The notes under the pieces are model-generated. The model saw nothing but the letters and a program-made list of their open reading frames with translations. It searched no databases and was not told the DNA's origin. A DNA stretch of 61,992 nt, counting the filler, from Stramenopiles sp. TOSAG23-3 (Eukaryota), in the NCBI GenBank assembly GCA_900128585.1. It is 6 parts of 6 records of this genome, joined end to end, with 100 filler letters (N's around TTAATTAATTAA, not from the genome) between each part and the next. Parts side by side here need not be neighbours in the genome. Positions count along the whole stretch, not along the records: positions 53,381 to 55,461 come from LT645105.1; positions 55,562 to 57,639 come from LT645106.1; positions 57,740 to 59,816 come from LT645107.1; positions 59,917 to 61,992 come from LT645108.1; 2 more parts are not named here. One strand, 5' to 3'. Position 1 is the first letter of the stretch. Each line of letters begins with the position of its first letter. Position numbers and translations under genes: made by a program. Below are positions 53,382 through 61,992 of the stretch, piece after piece.

Positions 53382-54461
53382 CGGAAGCAGAACAGGGCGA
53401 AGGGAAAGGCGGGAAAGGGCAACGATGCCTTCGCCGCCCCGACGCCGACGATAGAGGAGACGCTGGAATTCTTCAAGAACTTGGAGGGCACGTGGCAGCC
53501 GAGCCAGGACCAGCTCCGCGTCTTTTGCGATTACATCCGGGCGGCGGCGATCAGCGCGAAACAAAATAGAAAGAGGCTGAAGAAGGGCGACACCATTCAC
53601 CGGGCGCTTGCCCTAAGCTTTGGGGAGGCGCTGTACCAGCGCGGCGGCGGGGTCAAGGAGGGGTCCGCGAGCGACTCGTTGTCGAAGCTCTTCCACTACA
53701 TCACTGGGTCGGCACGGGTAAAGCGGAAGCGAAAACGCGCCGCCCACGAGGCCCGCATGAAGGCCGAGTGCGGCGAGGCCACCCCGCCGAAGAAACGCTT
53801 GCTGCGAAAGCTGCTGCCCCGGCGCCCCATGATCCCGATGATCCTTCCGGGTGGGCACACCATACCCCCAGCCCTGATATTCATGGCTGCCCCGATCCTC
53901 TTCGTTTGCTTTCTTGCGTACGGCCACTCGTCCCCGGCGTACAACGAGCCCGGGATGGTCGGCCGGAGCGGCAGCGGCAGCGGCGCACTCCCGACCACGG
54001 CCCACGTGCTGCCTGACCGAAGCCTGGCGATGGTGGGCCCCCCCCGAAGAGCCAAAGCGTTCCACCCCGGGAGCGGGAGCTCGGAGCTTGCGCCCCGCAT
54101 GCATGGCGATGGAAGTGGGAGCGGGGCCGTCCCCGTCGCCCATGCCAAGTTTGGCAGGCCTGCGACCTTGGTGAAAGAGCCGAGGAAGGGCCTGCGGAAA
54201 CCGCGGAAGCCGCGGGGCAAGCCTTCGCAGCAGCCCAAGCGCAAGAAATCGGGACACGGCGGTGGCCGACCAGTGTCGTTGATCAAAGAGCCAAAGAAAC
54301 ACCTCAGGCACCGGAAGAGGCCGGGCCGTGGCCACGGCAACGTCGGGAGAGGGCCGGCGGGGAGCGAGGCAAAGGGAACGCTCCCCGCCATGATTTTTGC
54401 AAGCAGCACGGGGCTGGGCGGAGGGGGGCAAACGGGGGGCAGCGGAGCAACAGGTGGGTAG
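53382..54461 (+). CDS. 3' part of a hypothetical protein with one TM helix and Gly/Lys/Arg-rich tail
   Basis: Frame open from the gap edge to TAG at 54459-54461; strong GC3; hydrophobic ALIFMAAPILFVCFLAY. Confidence 0.7.
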   Translation, partial: RKQNRAKGKAGKGNDAFAAPTPTIEETLEFFKNLEGTWQPSQDQLRVFCDYIRAAAISAKQNRKRLKKGDTIHRALALSFGEALYQRGGGVKEGSASDSLSKLFHYITGSARVKRKRKRAAHEARMKAECGEATPPKKRLLRKLLPRRPMIPMILPGGHTIPPALIFMAAPILFVCFLAYGHSSPAYNEPGMVGRSGSGSGALPTTAHVLPDRSLAMVGPPRRAKAFHPGSGSSELAPRMHGDGSGSGAVPVAHAKFGRPATLVKEPRKGLRKPRKPRGKPSQQPKRKKSGHGGGRPVSLIKEPKKHLRHRKRPGRGHGNVGRGPAGSEAKGTLPAMIFASSTGLGGGGQTGGSGATGG

Positions 54462-54962
54462 ATTTAAGATTTTAGAGAGAGAGAAAAAAAACAAAACATT
54501 GGTTGTTATATTTTTAATCACTAGTAGATGTTATAATTTGTTAATTTTACGAGAGTAAATACATATTGGCATTAAAATTTAAATAACAGCCAATTTTCTT
54601 GTTTTTAAAATTTATTTTTCTTGTTTTAAAATTTATCTTCCTCACCATGTACCGCGAAAATGAATCTGCTCCTTTTGTCGATTAAAGGTTTGCGTTCCTT
54701 CATGTACTGCGAACTTTGCTGTTTATTAAAGACCACATTAAGAACACCGGGGAATAAATTATGATTTTTTACTTTCCCCTTTCACTGCTTTCTTCACAAA
54801 AATGTACCTCTTTTACGAATTACGAGCTCACGACACTCACGCCGAATATTTTTTTAGTTTTACTACGACCCACAACAAACGCGCTGGTCGCCTGCTGGCG
54901 ACACCATACCGCTTGATCTCCTTTATTTTATATACAACACACATACACTGGCTCCATTGACG

Positions 54963-55397
54963 CTACATGACGAAGAGTTTTTTTACTGGTTCCCTTTTCC
55001 CCTTCCCATGGCCTCTTCTCTTTGAGTTTTTTTTCTTCCCTGATTTTGGCGATTTGTGTTTCTGCTCGTCCTCTTCTAGTTTCGAGTCCAACGCCTGCCC
55101 CAGCTCTCGCGCACGGTGCCATGAGTCCTCCTTTCGAAAATTTCGCTTTCCAATCCCGGCCTCGTCCTCTTCCCGTTTTAGGGCACTTTTTGTGTTCAAA
55201 AGCAATTGTATGTCATCCTTATCTGCAGTACTACCAGTCCTGTGAAGTTCCAGGGCGTGCTTGACGGAAAAGTGCGCGCCAGCGTCCTCGTCTTCCGACT
55301 CATCGGCAAAGGCCTGCATGCTGACGCCATCCTCTTCGTCCTCCATCAAGTCCGCCCCGCCGTCTCTTTTGTTGCAACATCCTATTTGATTGCCCAT
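54963..55397 (-). CDS. Small hydrophilic protein with predicted N-myristoylation/palmitoylation
   Basis: Begins MGNQIGCCNK; acidic middle and basic C-terminus. Confidence 0.65.
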   Translation of the reverse strand: MGNQIGCCNKRDGGADLMEDEEDGVSMQAFADESEDEDAGAHFSVKHALELHRTGSTADKDDIQLLLNTKSALKREEDEAGIGKRNFRKEDSWHRARELGQALDSKLEEDEQKHKSPKSGKKKNSKRRGHGKGKREPVKKLFVM

Positions 55398-56519
55398 GGG
55401 AACGCTCCTTCTGCGTTCTGGCAAATATTCTCGACAGCCTATCAGCGTTCCTAGTGTTGGGNNNNNNNNNNNNNNNNNNNNNNNNNNNNNNNNNNNNNNN
55501 NNNNNTTAATTAATTAANNNNNNNNNNNNNNNNNNNNNNNNNNNNNNNNNNNNNNNNNNNNAGCAGTGCTAATCCACCTACTGATTCAGAGTACATCTGA
55601 GAATGATAGTCAAGACTAAGTGACAAGGGTATATCGATTAATAAAACCAAAAAAGCAAAGATAAGTTCACAGTTCATGAAGGAATGTAAACCTAGAATGT
55701 CTAAATTAAAATTCATGTACCATGCATGATCCGAATCAATGTGTGGAATTGCGTCGATGTCAAAAGACCCTTAGTCAACTTCCTCATCCAATGTCTCACT
55801 CATAGATGAATCATTCCTTGTATAATTTTCCAAGGAGCGGCGTGAATGTTTTAAAGGTGCTCGTTGTCTGTCATGTACACCAATCAAGGAATTATCATTT
55901 GTGAGTTGAGGTGTCAGAAGAGGGTCGTTTGGGTCGGTGTGCATAATGGGCGTTTGTGGGTTCTGTTGCGACGGTGAAGATTCTGTGTGCAGTGCAGTAG
56001 TTGTGGTTCTTTGGCGTACCAGTTGATATCTCGTCCTGCTGGCGTTTCTTTTGTTCCATTCCTCTGATGATTGCATTGGGGGTTGTACTTCTGTGTCGTC
56101 GTCCGAGGGTGACACTATTAGGGTCGGGGCATTACTGGATTTCTCACTACTGGATTGTAGCGAGGGTTGTACCTCTGTCTCTATTTAAAAGTACAGCAAA
56201 AAAACACATTTCTCTTTTTTTTAAATCACAGGAGCAGAGATAAGTTCGCAGTACATGAAGTAAACTTTTAATGGATAGAAGGAGCAGATTCACATTCGCG
56301 GTACATGAAGAAGATAAATTTTAATTACTTAAATAACAGCCAGTATTTTGTTTTAAAAAAATCACTACCAGGCCTAAGACGCCCACCAGCTATGCCCCTG
56401 CATCAAAAAGAACGGAGAACCCTGCAGTCGCCCCCTAAACGGCTACACACACTTCATCGGGTGCAAGTCACAGAGCCTACAGGATCATAAGAGGCCAAGC
56501 ATTCACCTGCCTAAACGAG

Positions 56520-57540
56520 GACACGCCCAAAAGTCATCGGAATCTGGTCACGTCCATCCCTTGCACAACAGCGTCATGTGACGCCGGACATAATAAATTT
56601 GAAGAAGGGAACCAAGCTGACGGCCTAACAATTTACCATGGCTATCTCCCCAGTGATCAGGTGCGCAAGTTGTGATGGAACCAGGTATCACTGTGTGTCA
56701 ACCCCAGACGTGACGATTGTAGAATCGCTTTTGTCGATAGTGAACTGAATCACGATGAAACAGAAAAATTCACGTATAAAATACTTCAACATGCTTCTAA
56801 TAAAATGGCATCCGAAACACAAGCAGAACAACCCCAGGTGCCCATGACCTCTTTAACCGTCTAGCAGAAATAAAGTTTCCGAATCCGATAATCAGCGGTA
56901 GCCTTGGCTACATGGCGGCAAATCAGAAGTGGGCGGACTTGTGGATGCGAATATTCCAACGGAACGTATAAAATGAAAGTGCCTAGATAATAGAATCAGG
57001 GATCGGAGTCTTTCAGGCGACAGCCCCAACAGCTCTTCCAGTGAGTATGCCACTGAAGTAGCCGAGACCACAGCAGCACCGTGCATTCCGAGTTCGCAAA
57101 CCCCGGACTTGGAAAACATGGAGTCGGAAGACGAAACGGAACCGTGCAGTTCGGGCGATAAGACTGAAGTACAACCTTTGGACAGTGATACCGGAGCACA
57201 AATCTCAGTCTCTACCACACGAGTAGTTTTATGTTCGAATGAGGAGTTGGACATCTCAGAAGCAGAAATACCGACTTTAAGAGGTTAGACAAACCCACGT
57301 GTAGTGGCAGGAGGGGCGGAAGTAGACTCGGGTAAGTGCAATATGGGGAGATACGGATGCAAGCAGCGCCCTGAGCATTTTCAACGCAGAAAAGAACCTG
57401 ATTCACAGATAAACAATACAAACACAACCACACAGCACTGCACGCTGCACTTTTACCATCGTACCAAAGCCCTTCACCGACGGCTATGACTATCGACCTG
57501 AACAATACTCTTCCGTGATCCCAATCCATAACTGATCACC
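56520..57540 (+). pseudogene. Decayed coding-like sequence (possible TE or gene relic)
   Basis: Coding-like composition with protein-like frames broken by isolated stops; no family recognised. Confidence 0.3.
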
Positions 57541-57739
57541 CATTATTAAAACAATCCAGCGGTGTGTCTATATATATTCTGTTTTTGTTTTTGAAGAAGG
57601 AGGAAGAAGTATTATCGTCGTGTTGTTGGTCTCTTTAATNNNNNNNNNNNNNNNNNNNNNNNNNNNNNNNNNNNNNNNNNNNNTTAATTAATTAANNNNN
57701 NNNNNNNNNNNNNNNNNNNNNNNNNNNNNNNNNNNNNNN

Positions 57740-57810
57740 TTCTTCTTCTTCTTCTTCTTCTTCTTCTTCTTCTTCTTCTTCTTCTTCTTCTTCTTCTTCT
57801 TCTTCTTCTT
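57740..57810. repeat. (TTC)n microsatellite
   Basis: Perfect trinucleotide run at a contig edge. Confidence 0.95.
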
Positions 57811-59701
57811 CTCTCTTTGGCCTGATGAGTGTAGTGTAGGTAGAGTTATCAGTCGGATCAACACTACATAGCGAATAATGCTGTGTCAATGTGAAATCTT
57901 ATTAGAATCTCTACCGAGGCTCTTTCTTCGAAATAGGTAAAAATATAATTTAATATAGATATAGGCCCAGCTTTCAGCTTATCGCCTATTTCATTATTTT
58001 TGATAGGATAACTAATTATACTTGAATTGTATACTATATTATTATATTTGTATTATTTTAGACTCTTTAGAAAAACACCCACCCACCCATTCTACTCCTA
58101 CTACTACGGTACTCAAAAACGACAACGCTATAATTAGATCGATCACATCTATATCTCATCTAATCCCATATATTCTATTGGATCTGTCCCTGTATTAATT
58201 ATCTTCCTATATTTCTATTTTCCTATTTTCCTATTTTCCTATTTTATCTCGCTCGTCTCGCGCCAAAAAATATTTAATAATAACAATATATATTAAAGGT
58301 ACCAGGTACACACGATACGAAACGTTTGAACTTTTGTTTCTTGATTCTGTTGCTGTGTTCTCATATGCTCTGTGATTACATTGTACACCATTCATCGTTA
58401 AACTAGAATTCGTTTTCGTTTTGTTTAGACTGTATTGTTTGTTTTAAATACGAAGCTAATAATTAATTATAACTGGAATAAATAAAAGACGATTTAAAAA
58501 AATTAAACTACTTGACTCCGTTTTACTCCGTTATTATATTCTAGTTTATTTAAAAATTATTATTTTTTATTAGTTCTTCCTATTCCTATTCTATTATACT
58601 GTATTTGATTACATTATTATTATAGATTAGAGTGGATTTTTATGATCGTTACTAGAATTTTAAAAGAAGATTCTATTAATAGTTATTAAGTAATATTGTG
58701 TACATTTTATAATTTAATTATACAATATTATATATTGTATAATATTACTCATGCAGGCCCTTGGTTTATAATTAATAGGATCTATATTACCTTTATTAGT
58801 ATAATTTAATTATATCTAAACAATATAATAATATTTACCTTAATTAAATAGAAATGGGAAATTTGGATGGTTTCATTTGTACAATACTATTGCCTGTACA
58901 TAGCATTTAATGGTCCCGTTCAAAAAACCGTTGCCAATTAGTTTTACAATATAACATACAAATAGCATTATTTCCCGAAAAGCCTTTTAAAACTTCGATA
59001 AATTCGTTATTTTATTGTTTTCGTCAATAGGTAAACACAGCATTGAAAACACAACGTTATATTCAAAAAAAAAGAGGTTAAACGAACTTTAAACAAACGA
59101 TCCTTATTAAAAACAGGAATTAAAAAAAATTAATATGGAAATAGCATTGAAAGGAAAAATGTCGTTTAAAAAATTATGTTAAAAAAAAACAATTCTTTTT
59201 TTTAATCAATGCTATTTCTATATTTAAAAAAAAAAAATTAGGCAAAACTACTTTTGGTAGGGAAAAAAAAAATATTTTGTTTAATTAACATATACATAGC
59301 ATTGGATCTTGACTCTTCCGTTGATGAAACAAACCTGTTTTAGATCATTTAAATAAATATAAATACAGGCACATAGCATTAAGAGTGAAGGTGAACCAGT
59401 GCATTTATATTTACCTACCATTTTTTTTAGATCATACATGGACACAGTATAGGAAACCTGAAACAAATTCTTTTTTTTTTATTCCATCGAAAACATTCTT
59501 TTTCCTCTATACTACATAGTACCACTGACAAACAAGTATATCCCACCAAACACACGCACGGACGGACGGCACGAAGCACGGGAGTGACAACGGTGGAGGG
59601 AAGGTAGTTACGAAAGATGAAAAGGAAAGGAAAGAAACGTGAAAGAAAAACTTCTATTTAACCAACAACTAACTGTATATTAATTTATTACAACAAACTA
59701 A

Positions 59702-59816
<115 letters not shown>

Positions 59817-59983
59817 NNNNNNNNNNNNNNNNNNNNNNNNNNNNNNNNNNNNNNNNNNNNTTAATTAATTAANNNNNNNNNNNNNNNNNNNNNNNNNNNN
59901 NNNNNNNNNNNNNNNNAAACTAACTTCTAGACAGTTTCGCGTCTTCAAAGTACTCTAACAGACCTCTAGAATCACTTTAATAG

Positions 59984-61809
59984 TGTACTGTAGTACTGTT
60001 ATTATGCGGAATTATCAACTCCGACGAAGACAGTGATTATACCAAACAGATGTGCAAACAACTCGATGCTTCAATGGCAGCTTTTCAGAAAATGGTAGCC
60101 GAACGCTCCCTCACAGACGATCCTTATCGAGTTGAAGGAGAGCGAATAAACTCTGTCGAAATATTGTTGACCATGGACCTCAAGGCGGCCAACAAGGTCC
60201 TTGGAGCAGGCCCGCATTCCTGCACTTACTGGGGAATCACGCATGCTGGAGTATCATCGGCGTCCAGTGGTTTTGGAATGAGGCACAGGAGTGAAGAGAA
60301 TCTATTTTCCAAATATCGTCGTCCTTTTCAGAACGATGCAAACATTTGGTCTACAACTGAGTACATCACTAAAAACGGAACTCGCCAAGAAGAAGCAAGC
60401 GTACCATGGCAAAGTAAAAACGATTTACCCATTTTCATTAATCACCATGACCGGAAGACTCTCCGACAAGAAATTGAAGTGCTAATGAAAGACGGAGGTC
60501 ACGGATTTTCAACAGATCGGAGGTACCGCAGATGTGGCAGAAGTAAGTGGGAAAAAATTGCTCTCGGCGCTGCAAAAAAACGAGGGCACTCGTTCGTTTA
60601 TGAGGAATATTTCCCATTAACAATATTTGCGTCCATATGTTATTGTTCGCTCCATTTCAAGACTGTGAAGGCGCTAGATCTGTTATACTTAATGATGTTA
60701 AGCATGACAACGTTTGACCGTTACAGTGGTCATATTGAGGCAGTGGGGCCAGCATTGAACCATTTTCTTGAAGCATTGACTGAGCCAGAATTTAAGTCGC
60801 AGCTAACTTCATTTGCGCGTGATGCGCGGGCAATGTGGTTGAGCCTGAAGGTTAAGAAAGGCCTGTGCCATACAGGAAACGGCAATACTCTCTGGAGAAA
60901 GATGCTAAAGTGAGTATCCGGTTGCTTGGCCGCCAGGCAAATGTTGTGTTTAATAATTTACACAAAATTGAAGATATTCTCCGGCAAAGTCTATCAAAAT
61001 CTACATACAATAAAAAAATAGCAAGGCGTGTGAACCATCTGAAGACTAAGGCGAGCCTTGATGAAGAAATGGAGGTTGTAATCTCGAGCATAATGTCATA
61101 TTCAATAGCATGTCGAAACATGATATATTGGGCGTCTAGATCTGGTTTGGCGGCGTATGAGAATGGCGGTTCGCATGTGGATTATGCGGATTACGTCAAA
61201 AATGCAGCGGCAGAGATGTGCGAAGCCGCTGCTATTCTGGAAATGATCCAAAGCTGTGTTTTCCCGAACTTGAAGCGTCCATATGATATCAGTATAACCT
61301 TTTGTCTACAAGACATAACGCAGTTCCTATTGAACTACGAATTGTTACAAGGATACGAAGGCCTGCTAGAGCAGAGCGAGAAGTACCATTCTTGGATCGG
61401 GAACATGCCAGCATTCAAGTTGTCAAAAGGGTATCGCAATCAAGAGTCCAGAAACGTTTACAAGTTTGGCCGTGCATGGTTGGTAAATTGTTATTTTTAC
61501 ACGCAACCATATGGGATACACAAAGGAACAAGGAAGAAAAAGGCTTCTTGTAAATCAGATATTATCCCGCCAGAAATCTACCCATATTTTCATAGTGCAG
61601 TGAAATGCCCATGTGGGGCGGCAGAAAATGCAGAACAGTGCGAATGGTGTTCAAAGGGCAGGAAGACTGAAATTTTTCTTCTCGCTAAAAACTGCGTTAG
61701 CCTTGTTGGTACACCATTGTCAGCGTCAACTAGAGAGCTATGGGAGCATTGGAAAAAAATCCGCAGCATGCAGTTTATAAAGGGCTTGAAAGTGAAGTAC
61801 GTCGTTTAG
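59984..61809 (+). mobile_element. Disrupted Transib/RAG1-like DDE transposase (two overlapping frames 60050-60913 and 60865-61809)
   Basis: Ordered motifs LLCGIINSDEDSD, LTMDLKA..VLG...CTYW, CSLH, NGNTLWRKM, EQSEKYH and a C-terminal CPCG..CEWC; frame break at about 60865-60913 and upstream stops. Confidence 0.5.
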
Positions 61810-61992
61810 TGTTAGTTAAGTTTTGTCTTTAATGTTTTTAAAGTTATCATATAAAACAAGAAAATTGGCTGTTATCTAAGTAATTAAATTTAGCTTCAGG
61901 AAGCGGAACGGGACCCTCGTTACGGAGGCCGTCGAGGCGCTCGAGTCCCTCCTCGTCCTCTCCCTCTGCCTCGGGGCCCTCGCCTTCGCCCT

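Noticed and set aside
51873-54461. Single gene spanning the 53.3-kb gap
   Set aside because: A linker lies between the halves and their codon GC differs; cannot be supported

Overview
Eukaryotic nuclear sequence, most likely a stramenopile-type protist (beta-tubulin starts [15 protein letters not shown]; the taxon is an inference). It is gene-dense and essentially intron-free in coding regions. GC-rich CDSs mostly form convergent pairs separated by very AT-rich, microsatellite-containing spacers. Five N-TTAATTAATTAA-N linkers mark artificial contig joins. About 22 protein genes are supported: WW/IQ/EF-hand protein, two SMYD-type SET proteins, FERM protein, ARP4, nucleotidyltransferase-glucuronokinase fusion, GH2 beta-mannosidase, Asterix, RNase T2, MFS transporter, Ubl-ankyrin-TRP channel, EF-hand protein, 7xPDZ/ARM giant, MAPEG, RFxV-repeat coiled-coil protein, EFTUD2/Snu114, ARM protein, secreted PGPxx-repeat protein and the 5' end of beta-tubulin. 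The most notable feature is absent from the ORF track: a U2 snRNA gene (50613-~50797) followed about 7 nt later by an anticodon-less tRNA-like cloverleaf with a compensated elbow and a T10 tract, a candidate RNase P/Pol III-based snRNA expression cassette. Also present are a TSC22D-like RFxV scaffold, a decayed Transib/RAG1-like transposase and a dispersed motif found mostly at gene 3' ends.
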